DNA of 64,000 bases from Bryobacteraceae bacterium (GTDB lineage Bacteria; Acidobacteriota; Terriglobia; Bryobacterales; Bryobacteraceae), in contig JAIEMJ010000030.1 in NCBI GenBank assembly GCA_019752335.1, positions 86,597 to 150,596 of the forward strand. The letters run 5' to 3'. This document shows positions 11,015 through 20,300 of the stretch, one piece after another. Within the stretch, counting starts at the first letter, position 1. Every line of letters starts with the position of its first letter. The translations under genes and the position numbers were made by a program. The notes under the pieces are model-generated. The model was given only the letters and a program-made list of their open reading frames with translations. It ran no database searches and was not told the DNA's origin.

Positions 11015-11926
11015 ATGCCAACGATTACGTCCGCAAACCTCGCGCAAGCGATCGTGAAACTGGTTGCAGCCGATGCGCTGCCGGCCTTGGTGGGTAACCT
11101 GGTTCTAGGAAACCTCGTGAATCGGGACTTCGAGCCCATTCTTTCACAAGCCGGCAACACGGTGAACGTGCCGATTCCCCCGGTGATGGTGGCCAACAAC
11201 ATTGCCGAAGCCGGCGAAATCCAGACGCAGAATCCGAGTCTGGGCAATGCCCAGATTGTTCTGGATACGCACGCGGAAGCGAGCTTCCAGATTCCGGACG
11301 TCACCAAGGTGGTGGCTGTTCCGGAGTTGCTGAAGCTGTACATGCAGCCGGCGATTACCGCGCTGGCCGAGCGGGTAGAAACTGACCTGATGTCTCTGGC
11401 GCAGCAGTTCACCGCGAACTCCCCGCTGGGCACGGGCGGCTCGCCGCTAACGGAGGCGTTGGTGGACTCGGCAGAAACTGCTTTGTTCAGCGCCAAGGTT
11501 CCTTCGGCGCAGTCGAAGTATCTGGTGGTGGATCCAGCGGCCTATTCGCAACTTCGCCAGATTCCGCGATTCAGCGAATACCGGACGGCGGGTGAAGCCG
11601 GATTGCGCGCCCTAGTGGAAGGCAACGTAGGCCGCATCAAGGACTTCTACGTCTTCCGGTCGCAGTTCGTGGCGAAGTCCGGCAATGCTCCCCAGGTGAG
11701 CCACAACCTGGCTTTCGCTAAGGACGCGATCGGATTGGCCATCCGCCGCTTGCCGCAGCCGATCCCCGGCACCGGCGCCATCGCGGAGTATGCGGAAATG
11801 GGCGGCTTTGGCGTGCGCGTGTTGATGAGCTACCAGCCGAATACGCTGGCGCAGCAATTCACGGTCGATATTTTGTACGGGACGGGCATCCTGCGCAATA
11901 ACTTCGGCGTGCAGGTTCGCACCTAG
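11015..11926 (+). CDS. Putative phage major capsid protein
   Basis: 303-aa protein after the scaffold gene in an SPP1/lambda-like head module (no protease). The call rests on position and size. Confidence 0.5.
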   Translation: MPTITSANLAQAIVKLVAADALPALVGNLVLGNLVNRDFEPILSQAGNTVNVPIPPVMVANNIAEAGEIQTQNPSLGNAQIVLDTHAEASFQIPDVTKVVAVPELLKLYMQPAITALAERVETDLMSLAQQFTANSPLGTGGSPLTEALVDSAETALFSAKVPSAQSKYLVVDPAAYSQLRQIPRFSEYRTAGEAGLRALVEGNVGRIKDFYVFRSQFVAKSGNAPQVSHNLAFAKDAIGLAIRRLPQPIPGTGAIAEYAEMGGFGVRVLMSYQPNTLAQQFTVDILYGTGILRNNFGVQVRT

Positions 11927-12014
11927 TTACCAGCTCACTAACCTCGCGCTCGGGCTACCGCTCCGGCGGTAGCCCCTTCTTCAAGACTTCGAATTCCGAA
12001 TAGGTGAAACAAAG

Positions 12015-12365
12015 ATGAATCTTCGAGACTTTTACAACAAGGTGCGCGCAGTGCTCAACACGATTGACGTGCCTTTTGTCGTTCTGGTGAGTAAGACAAC
12101 TACGGATGGCGGCAAAGAAGGAGTGATGACGCTAGTTAAGCGCGAAACCGCCGCGCGTTTGATCGTGGAAGACCGGGCGCGGCTGGCAAGCGCTGAAGAG
12201 TCCGGTGTCTATTTTGCGGATGAAAGCGCGAAGCGGCAGGCCTCGGAAGCGGAACGCCGGTTTCACGCCACTAAGCTAGCCTTCCGGTCCGGCGAGGTGG
12301 TCGAGCAGTTTTGCGAACTCCAGGAAACCCTAGAGCCCGTGAAGAACTCCAAGCGCGATAGCTAG
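12015..12365 (+). CDS. Phage hypothetical protein (head completion/connector candidate)
   Basis: Small ORF between the capsid and tail genes, co-directional and tightly spaced. Confidence 0.4.
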   Translation: MNLRDFYNKVRAVLNTIDVPFVVLVSKTTTDGGKEGVMTLVKRETAARLIVEDRARLASAEESGVYFADESAKRQASEAERRFHATKLAFRSGEVVEQFCELQETLEPVKNSKRDS

Positions 12366-12392
12366 CTCTGTCGCTGGAAACAGAAAGGGAAT

Positions 12393-13154
12393 GTGATGGC
12401 ACTCTTCAACGATGGGCCGATATCTTCGCTAGAAGATTTGCGGGTGTACGAAACGTCATTGCTCGATACCGCGAGTATCGAAGGCGTCAGCCTGGCGAAC
12501 AAGCTGGATCTCGCCGGACAGGAGCTCGGAGGTGAAATCCTTCGTTTCCTGATTCAACAATTGGAGCCAGCGGAGTCAATCGGCCCCGGCAAGCTGGACC
12601 AAGTAGTGGCTACCGACCCGTTGCGGCGTTGGCACGCGCTGAGAACCCTAGCGATCTTCTTCCGCGATGTGCATCACAATCAGCTCAATGACCGCTACCG
12701 GGCCAAATGGAACGCCTACGAAGCGGAAGCAAAGTCCGCCGCGCGGCTGCTTTGGGAGGTAGGAGTCGGCACGGTGAGGAATCCTCTCCGCCGGCCAATG
12801 CCTCCTGTGCTGGAGATCTTGTCGACGGACGACGAGTATCCCCAGTTGCTCTTCAAAACTACCTGGGTCACCGGCAATGGCGCGGAGAGCGCCGCGAGTG
12901 GCGCAACCCTATTCGCCGGCGGTATCGGCCTGAAGCCGCAGTTGACGGTGAACAATCCTCCCCAGCGTGCGACCGGATGGAACATCTATGCCGGTGTTAC
13001 GGAGGCTACGCTCTCCCGGCAGACACCAAGCCCCCTACCGTTAAACGAAGTGTGGGTAATGCTGGGCAACCAGCCGGTTTCTGGAAGCTCCGTGCCGGAT
13101 GGACAAGCCCCAGATCAGTATGTGCGCCTGCAGCGGCTCTTGTTTCGAGGATAA
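12393..13154 (+). CDS. Phage hypothetical protein (head-tail connector candidate)
   Basis: 253-aa ORF in the head-tail joining position. Confidence 0.4.
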   Translation: MMALFNDGPISSLEDLRVYETSLLDTASIEGVSLANKLDLAGQELGGEILRFLIQQLEPAESIGPGKLDQVVATDPLRRWHALRTLAIFFRDVHHNQLNDRYRAKWNAYEAEAKSAARLLWEVGVGTVRNPLRRPMPPVLEILSTDDEYPQLLFKTTWVTGNGAESAASGATLFAGGIGLKPQLTVNNPPQRATGWNIYAGVTEATLSRQTPSPLPLNEVWVMLGNQPVSGSSVPDGQAPDQYVRLQRLLFRG

Positions 13155-13159
13155 TCACC

Positions 13160-13657
13160 ATGGCGAAAACGGCACGAAACGCACTTCGTAAGCTAGCCAA
13201 TCAAATGGCGGCCGAGACAGGATTGCTCTACACCGTGGGCGCGATAGCGCAGCGGGAGAAAGTTGAACTGGCGCCGATTTCCGGCGCGCACATTGTTTCG
13301 CAACATGTGGCGGCTGAGCTAATCGAAAAGAGCGCGGGCGCCCAGTATCCTCGCGTCCACCTCTACTGCGAGAAGATCACCAACCACTTGAAAGAGAAAT
13401 TCCGGACGTTTTCCGGGACCGTGCGGTTAGTAGCGGAGGTCCGCGCGTCCTTTGATCGCGCCGAGGCTCTGGAGCCGTCTCTGATGCTCTACGTGGATGC
13501 CGTCACTGACGTACTCGATAGTCATCGGGGCGACTGGGGAGACGGCTTCTTCTTTACCGGCGGCTATGAAGTTAGTTTTTCACCGATGAAACACGGCGGG
13601 AAGAACTTCATTCAGTCCGCCAAAATCGTTTTCGAAGTGAATGCCAGCCAGGGTTGA
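13160..13657 (+). CDS. Phage hypothetical protein (tail completion candidate)
   Basis: An ATG at 13160 (MAKTARNALRKL...) lies 5 nt after the stop of the previous gene. The track ORF 12707..13657 is a 5'-extended artefact overlapping the neighbour. Confidence 0.4.
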   Translation: MAKTARNALRKLANQMAAETGLLYTVGAIAQREKVELAPISGAHIVSQHVAAELIEKSAGAQYPRVHLYCEKITNHLKEKFRTFSGTVRLVAEVRASFDRAEALEPSLMLYVDAVTDVLDSHRGDWGDGFFFTGGYEVSFSPMKHGGKNFIQSAKIVFEVNASQG

Positions 13658-13692
13658 GCCCGACGGCTAGATGAAGGAATTAGGAGTTTTCG

Positions 13693-14862
13693 ATGGCCTG
13701 TTACATCTCGTCAAATAACAATCGTTTTTACGTAGCGCTGGAATCGTCGTATGGCGAAGTGGCGGCCGTCGCGAACGCCCGCCGTTTTGCGGGCATCCAA
13801 TTGCGCGCTCGCCAGCAAGCGGTGCAGCTTGACCGCCGGGACAAGACTGGAAGCCGGACGTTCCTCGGCCTGCCGGCGGGCGTGAAGCGGCAAACCTCGT
13901 ATCAGCTTCGTACCTACCTTGCCGGCTGGAGCGACCAAGGCATTGAGCCATCCCAGGGCCCCTTGATTCGGGCGTCCTTAGGTGCTCCGGTTCGCCTCGC
14001 GGGAACTCACACCTTGGCCAGCGCTTCGGGAACCACGCTCAACTTCACGGCGGCTCATGGCTTGGCCGTGGGCGAAGCCGTCACTTTCGGTTCAGAAATC
14101 CGCTTCGTCGCCGCGATTCCGAATGCCCAGAGCGTGGTGTTGAATGTGCCCTTCACGCTGGCAGCGACCGCCGGTTCCGTACTGGGACCTACGGCCTCCT
14201 ATGCGCCGGCCAATAGCCTGGCCAGCTTCAATCTATTCGACTATTGGTCACCGGAGACAGCCGTGCATCGCATCCTGGCCGGAACCGCGGTGGACCGCAT
14301 GGCGGTGAAAATCAATGCCGATTTCCATGAATTCGAATTTCGCGGCCCGGCGCGCGATCTGATCGATAGCGTTAGCTTTGCGCCTGGCGATGGCGCGCTG
14401 GCAAGCTTTCCTGACGAACCCAACATCGCCGACTTCGAGTCGAACATTGTTCCGGGCCATTTGGGACAGGCTTGGTTGGGTGCAAATCCAGAACGCTTCT
14501 ACACGATCACGGAAGCCGAGTTTACCCTCGACAATAACATCGACGTGCGAGACCGCGAGTTTGGCTCGACGCTGCCACGTTGCCTTTCGGCTGGGTTGCG
14601 TGATGTCCGCCTGAACTTTACCTTGCATGAGCAAGACGACGCGGCTACGAAGAGCCTCTATCAAGCAGCGCGGCAGCGTTCGCCGATCAGTGTGATGCTG
14701 CAACTCGGTCAACAGGCCGAGCAGATGTTTGGCATCTACCTGCGCAGCATAGTACCGGAAGTGCCGGAGTTTGACGATGGCGAGACGCGGCTGCAATGGC
14801 GATTCACTGGCTCACGAGCACAGGGATCCGCGAACGACGAAGTGTTCCTTGCTTTCGCCTAA
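13693..14862 (+). CDS. Putative major tail protein
   Basis: 389-aa ORF immediately upstream of the G/G-T chaperone pair and the tape-measure gene, which is the conserved siphovirus position of the tail tube protein. Confidence 0.35.
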   Translation: MACYISSNNNRFYVALESSYGEVAAVANARRFAGIQLRARQQAVQLDRRDKTGSRTFLGLPAGVKRQTSYQLRTYLAGWSDQGIEPSQGPLIRASLGAPVRLAGTHTLASASGTTLNFTAAHGLAVGEAVTFGSEIRFVAAIPNAQSVVLNVPFTLAATAGSVLGPTASYAPANSLASFNLFDYWSPETAVHRILAGTAVDRMAVKINADFHEFEFRGPARDLIDSVSFAPGDGALASFPDEPNIADFESNIVPGHLGQAWLGANPERFYTITEAEFTLDNNIDVRDREFGSTLPRCLSAGLRDVRLNFTLHEQDDAATKSLYQAARQRSPISVMLQLGQQAEQMFGIYLRSIVPEVPEFDDGETRLQWRFTGSRAQGSANDEVFLAFA

Positions 14863-14874
14863 GGATGGCCAAAC

Positions 14875-15240
14875 ATGAACTACGCACCTACGATCGAAGT
14901 AGATTCAACCTGGGCACCAGGGGTTAGCTATCGCATCGCGCGAATGTCCTTCGCGCGGCGTCTCGAGCTTACGCGGCAGGTCCGCGCCCTCTTGGCCAGG
15001 ATGGAGTTTCACGTTGCCGGCGAAAGCCCACTGGACAAGGTAGACGCAGCCACGTTATCCATGGAAATCGACCGGCTTTACTGGGAATGGGGCCTAGTGG
15101 GCATTGAAGGTCTGCTGATCGGAGGCGAGGCCGCGGGCCGGGAGAACCTGCTGGAAAGCGGGCCTGAAGCCTTGGTTCACGAAATCCTCGCCCGCATCAA
15201 GTCCGAATGTGGACTGAGTGAAGAAGAACGAAAAAACTAA
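14875..15240 (+). CDS. Tail assembly chaperone, lambda gpG-like
   Basis: 121-aa acidic ORF between the major tail and tape-measure genes. It ends with the slippery heptamer A_AAA_AAC immediately before its TAA stop. Confidence 0.55.
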   Translation: MNYAPTIEVDSTWAPGVSYRIARMSFARRLELTRQVRALLARMEFHVAGESPLDKVDAATLSMEIDRLYWEWGLVGIEGLLIGGEAAGRENLLESGPEALVHEILARIKSECGLSEEERKN

Positions 15241-15575
15241 TTGTCGCATTTCACTTTCAGCGTTCGGATCCAGCCGCTTGGAAGTGCGACACGTGCCGTC
15301 AGCAGCGGCTGGATCGAACACGCCGTTGCGCATTTCTGCCTGTGGAAGCCATGGGGCCGACGCGAACCGTGTGGGCGCGCGGACGGGCGGCGACCTCGCA
15401 ATGCCCGAAATCCGTAATTTCTGCTGACTCGCTTTCGTTACTGGAGACATTCTCCGCGTGGAGACTTCTCGGGCCGGGCGCGGTTTGGCAGTTACCCGCA
15501 AAAACTGTCGACGCATTATTTGTGTTGCAGAACGAATGGAGGTCATTAGAATCCGATGCCGAATCCACTTATTGA
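14875..15575 (+). CDS. Predicted G-T-like fusion chaperone made by programmed -1 ribosomal frameshift
   Basis: The -1 frame opens after a TGA at 15219-15221 and stays open for about 112 codons to a stop at 15573-15575, overlapping the start of the tape-measure-like gene. The slip site A_AAA_AAC sits at 15231-15237. Confidence 0.5.
15231..15237 (+). other. -1 PRF slippery heptanucleotide A_AAA_AAC
   Basis: X_XXY_YYZ pattern in the zero frame of the gpG-like gene, two codons before its stop. Same class as the dnaX and lambda G-T sites. Confidence 0.5.
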
Positions 15576-16161
15576 TCAATTGCTACGGGCTACTCTGCCG
15601 AGCCAAGTGACGAAGGATGATGGTCTACTTGGGCCTGCCGCGGAGGCGCTCCGTACACTTACCTCCCAAATTGAAAGCCTGCGTGGACTCTACCAGTCTC
15701 AGACCGTGCAGACGGCTGAGAACACGACGGCGGTCCTGCAGAATACGCGCTCCCGCGCTGCGGATGCCGGATCGACGGCGAGTACGATCGTGAAGACCGC
15801 CGGCAGCGCGCTTGGTGGCGGTCTGACTCTATTTCCGTTAGTCTCCGGTCTGGCCAAGCTTTTCGGGTTTGGGGGAAAGAAGGAAGAGGTGCCGGCGCTG
15901 TCGCCATTTGCTCTTCCCTCTGCCGTCGACTTGGATGGTGGCGTCAGCCAGAGTGGCTCGTCCGCGGTTGGGAGCGTCTCTTACGGACAGAATGGCCTGC
16001 CGCGCCGGACACCAACCGCGGCGAGCGGCCCCAATATCAGCGTGAATGTGCAAGCTATGGACGCCCGATCCTTTCTCGACCACAGCGACGACATCGCTCG
16101 TGCCGTGCGGGAAGCGATGTTGAACTCGCATCCGCTGAACGACGTGATCTCGGAGGTATAG
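15556..16161 (+). CDS. Putative short tail tape-measure protein
   Basis: Helical N-terminus plus a Gly-rich hydrophobic segment (GSALGGGLTLFPLVSGLAKLFGFGG) typical of tape-measure proteins. Lies directly after the G/G-T pair. Only 201 aa. Confidence 0.45.
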   Translation: MPNPLIDQLLRATLPSQVTKDDGLLGPAAEALRTLTSQIESLRGLYQSQTVQTAENTTAVLQNTRSRAADAGSTASTIVKTAGSALGGGLTLFPLVSGLAKLFGFGGKKEEVPALSPFALPSAVDLDGGVSQSGSSAVGSVSYGQNGLPRRTPTAASGPNISVNVQAMDARSFLDHSDDIARAVREAMLNSHPLNDVISEV

Positions 16162-16163
16162 AC

Positions 16164-16520
16164 ATGCCAGACTTTCCTCAACTCCGAACCAACGTGGTAA
16201 TGCAATACCCAGCGCAACGCGTCTTGACTTACTCAACGCAGGTGCTGCGGTTCATGGATGGGTCAGAACAGCGATTTCGGACCTGGGCGGGCGCGTTGCG
16301 GGAATGGTCAATCCGGCTGGATCTGCTTAGTGAGGATGAACTGAGTACTTTTCGCGACTTCTTTCGAGATCGGGCCGGACGCGCGCAGAGTTTTCGCTTT
16401 ATTGACCCGTGGGACGGCGCCGAGTATCCGAAGTGCACGCTGGACGAGGACGACTTCGAAGCAGTACTGAGAGGCGAGGGCCGCGGAGATCTAAGTCTAA
16501 CGGTGAGGGAGTCACGATAA
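16164..16520 (+). CDS. Phage minor tail protein, lambda gpM-like
   Basis: 118 aa. Shares the pattern TYSxxL...LSEDEL..F....G...SFxFxDPW with lambda gpM (TYSVTLS...LESFLEEHGGWKSFLWTPP). Confidence 0.5.
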   Translation: MPDFPQLRTNVVMQYPAQRVLTYSTQVLRFMDGSEQRFRTWAGALREWSIRLDLLSEDELSTFRDFFRDRAGRAQSFRFIDPWDGAEYPKCTLDEDDFEAVLRGEGRGDLSLTVRESR

Positions 16521-16523
16521 GTC

Positions 16524-17336
16524 ATGCCGGCAACTAAAGTATTTCCGCAACTTGCTTCTGGTGCGATTACACAGTATCCACTGCGCAGCAAGGAATACCT
16601 GCGCACGTTAGTGAATCAGACCGCGGATGGCCGGCGGATCCGTTATGCGGATGTTGGCGCGTCGATGATGGCGTGGGAGATGACGCAATCGGCGCTGTCG
16701 GACGAGGAATGGACCGCGCTTGAGACACTGTTTCGTGCTTGTGAAGGGCGAAGGCACTCGTTTCTGTTTCTCGACCCATGGTCGAACTTAGTCGCCTCGA
16801 GCGAGGACTTCGGCAACGCCGCGTGGCAAGCTGCACCTGGACTCGGTCTGAGTTCGGGGGTGCAAGATCCGGAAGGGCGTCCGCGAGCGACGCAGGTAAC
16901 TAACTCGGCGGCTGGGTTGCAGTCGCTCAGCCAGAGCCTCAGTGTTCCAGCCAATTTTCAATACTCGTTCAGCGTGTACGCGCGGGCGGCAAGCACCGCG
17001 GACTTACGTCTCATTGTGTCGGCCGACGGAGCTTTCGCGGAACGTCTTTTCGAGTTGTCGGCGAATTGGCAGCGGTACACCCTTTTCAGCGCTCTGTCCT
17101 CCACGGCAGAATCGCTGGAGGTGGCGATGCAACTGCCAGCCGGCGTAACGGTCGAGTTGTTCGGAACGCAGATGGAAGCCCAGCCGGCCCCGTCGCCCTA
17201 TCAACGCACGGGCCTGCGAACCGGGCGGTATCCGGAAACGCGCTTCGCTGGCGATACGTTGACACAAGTCTCTACCAGCCCTGGCGAACACTCGACCGTA
17301 GTTCGAATTCTGAGCCGAGCAAACGGCTCTACTTAG
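16524..17336 (+). CDS. Phage minor tail protein (gpM-like N-domain plus extension; gpL-position)
   Basis: The N-terminal 100 aa are paralogous to the preceding gene (FPQL..QYP...LSxEE...F....GR.HSFLFLDPW). A C-terminal extension of about 170 aa follows. Confidence 0.45.
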   Translation: MPATKVFPQLASGAITQYPLRSKEYLRTLVNQTADGRRIRYADVGASMMAWEMTQSALSDEEWTALETLFRACEGRRHSFLFLDPWSNLVASSEDFGNAAWQAAPGLGLSSGVQDPEGRPRATQVTNSAAGLQSLSQSLSVPANFQYSFSVYARAASTADLRLIVSADGAFAERLFELSANWQRYTLFSALSSTAESLEVAMQLPAGVTVELFGTQMEAQPAPSPYQRTGLRTGRYPETRFAGDTLTQVSTSPGEHSTVVRILSRANGST

Positions 17337-17355
17337 TTCAAGAGAAGGAACGTTT

Positions 17356-20300
17356 ATGCCCACGGCACTCGAATTAAAAGACCAGCAGACTCCAGAGACG
17401 CCGATACTCTTGTTTGATTGCCGCTTGGCCAACGGAAGCACCGAACGGTGGAGCACACATCAACTAACATTCGAAGGCAATGCCTACGCCGCGCGCGTGC
17501 TAGAACACAGTTCCTTTGATATGAAGGCCGAAGACGACGGCATTTCTCGCGTCGGCCTGTTGATGGCCAACGCGGATAGCTATTTTTCACAGCTTGAGCG
17601 AAGCGCGGGGCTGAAAGGCGCAAACCTGGATGTAAGGCTAGTGTTCTGGAACCTCTCAAGTAGTCTCCCTGCTTCTACCCCAGTAATGCTCTTCCGTGGA
17701 CTGGGAAATGCGCCCGAAGAGACAACCGAGTCGACGATGCGACTGAGCTTTGTCAATCGGTTGAGTCCGCAACGAATCCTATTACCGAGCGTACGCATCC
17801 AGAAGCGCTGTCCTTGGCGATTTCCATCCACGCCGTCTGAACGTGGGGAGGCACCGTCCGGTCTCGACGAAGGAAAGTACTCGCCGTTCTTTCGTTGCGG
17901 ATACTCGCCGGATCAGCCAGGAGGCGCCGGTAACCTGGATGCAAACGGCGCTCCATTTACAACTTGCGACTTTACCCGGACGGCTTGCGAACAACGCGGG
18001 ATGTTCTCCAAAGATGCCAGCCACCGGCAAACGCGGCGCTTTGGCGGTATCGAGTTTGTGCCGGCGAGTATTCTGGTGCGCGGCGCGGGAGAGCAGAACT
18101 CCCGCGTCTCGAATCTCTTGGACAACGAGGCGCGCTACAACGACTTCGTTCCGATGATTCACGGTACGGCCTGGTATCAGCCGCCCATGGTGTTCGCGCG
18201 TAACGACGGCAATCTGACGCGCATGGAAATCCTGCTCGGTATGGGCGAGATGCAGGGCGTCATCAAGGTCGTCGTGAACGATATTGAGATTCCTCTGGGC
18301 GTCGACGGACAGAACATGACGGCTACGGGCTGGTACAACGTCGTATCGCTGGGGAATCGTACGGGCGGCTTTAATCTGAACTTTACGGACACCAGCGGAG
18401 GCCCTCTCGGTGATCCCTATGGCAGCATGGCGTTTGCGTCGGTGGTAGTGCCGAATCGCATTGCGGATGGAAAGCGTCTGCCAACCGTGAAGGTGCTGGT
18501 GAATGGGATCAAGGTGTCGCGCTTTGACGAAGAATCCAACTACTTAGACGACGCCTTTACGGCGAACCCCGCATGGATCATGCTAGACCTGCTGCGTCGT
18601 TCTGGGTGGGCGATGCGCGAGCTGGACATTAGCAGTTTTGCGAAAGTGGCGGCTCATTGTGACGCTCCGGTGGCGACCAGTGACTTACACGGTACTAGCG
18701 TAACGGTTCCGCGTTACGAAACGAATCTCGTATTGCGGCGCCGGCGCTCTGCCGCCGAGATCTTACGTGGTTTGCGCAACGCCGCGGCCCTCTACCTGAC
18801 GTTTGGACCAGAAGGAAAGCTGCAACTGAAGCTCGAGAGTAAGATCGCGGTCAGCCAGCCAGCGAAGCCGGCTGGCTCGAATTCCAGCGAACCGTTGTTC
18901 GGTGGTTGGCCTGCCTACGAGTTTTCCGAGAGTTCGATACTACGGCGCGAAAACGGTAGCGCGGCCTTTCGTCTCTCCAGCCGGGCCAACTCGGACTCCC
19001 CAAATCGCTTCACACTGGAGTTTCAGGACGCATTCAACGAATTTCAACAAGATAGCCTGTCGATTGTCGACGTCGATGACGCGGAACGCACGGGCCAGGA
19101 TATGGCTGCGTCGATCAATGCGCTAGGCATTCCCCAATTCGATCAGGCGGCGCGCATTATCCGGCTGAATCTGGATAAGTCACTGCGTGGAAATCTCTAT
19201 GCCGAGTTCGAGACGAGCATCAAGGCGCTGGGTCTGCGGCCGGGCGACCTGATCACCATCACCTATGCCAAAGAAGGCTTTGACCGGCAGCTCTTCCGAG
19301 TGCAGCGGATCCAACCACAGGCGAACTTTACTAAGGCCGTGATCACCGCCCAGCTCCACGATGAGAACTGGTATCTGCAACCCGGCTTTCCGGGCAGCGC
19401 CTCTCGATTCAGCGGCACGGCTGGACTTGGTGTCCCTCGTCCGTTGGTGGGCACAGAACTGGACTCCGATGGATTGCCCCGCTTCGGCGTGACGGAGATC
19501 GTTACGGGTGACGAAGTCGGGTTGCGAGTCAGCTTCCGGCCTCCGGCCAAGCCACAAGACTCTGGAGCGTCTCGCCCGTTACTCGGACTCACTCCGGATA
19601 TTGAGAGCACCGGTGGCACCTTAGCGGGCAGACAGAGTTACTACTATGCGGTGAGCGCGCTGGACGCGGCTGGCGCGGAGAGCCGACTGTCGTTTATTGT
19701 ACGCGCGACCATTGCCGCGTTGACGAACACGAATCGCGTCCGCTTGACGAACCTTAGCTTTTCTCCGGGTAGTTCAGGTTTTGTGGTTTATCGTGGCACT
19801 ACGCCGCAGCAACTGCTGCGCATTGCCAAAGTCACTTCTTTAGCTATTGACTTTGTCGATACCGGATTGACGCCGGAATTGGTTCCACCGCCCGATGAGA
19901 ACTATCAGGAAGCGCGCTTTTACTGGCGGCTCGAACTCTATCCGGAGATTGTGGCCAATCAGTTTACCCCTACTACGATTGGAAACTCGACCATTGCCCT
20001 CACGGCAGATTCGTTTACTGGTTCCGTAGTAAGAATCACGCGAGGACGGGGAGCGGGTCAAGAACGCACGATTCAGGCTAACAGCACCACGGCCTTGGCC
20101 GTTTCGCCGGCCTGGAGCGTGGTACCGGACGCCACGAGTTACTTTGTCGTCGCCGAAGCCGGTTGGAAACTGGGCGCTATCAGCCCGACTAGCCCGGCCG
20201 AGTTTCCGATTCCCAACCGGGGCGGCACGACACTGCAGATCGCCGGCCGGTCGGCAAACGCGAACGGACAGGAGAGTGCTCCTGAGTTGTCTCCGCTAAC

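Noticed and set aside
12707-13657. 316-aa track ORF overlapping the 12393..13154 gene
   Set aside because: The 5' portion is an out-of-frame overlap. A proper ATG at 13160 lies right after the upstream stop and gives a compact 166-aa gene consistent with the operon spacing.
15218-15427. 69-aa +1-frame ORF in the G/T region
   Set aside because: It is in the wrong frame for the canonical -1 slip and has no slippery context. The -1 frame (15222-15575) is the one that is continuously open from the A_AAA_AAC site.
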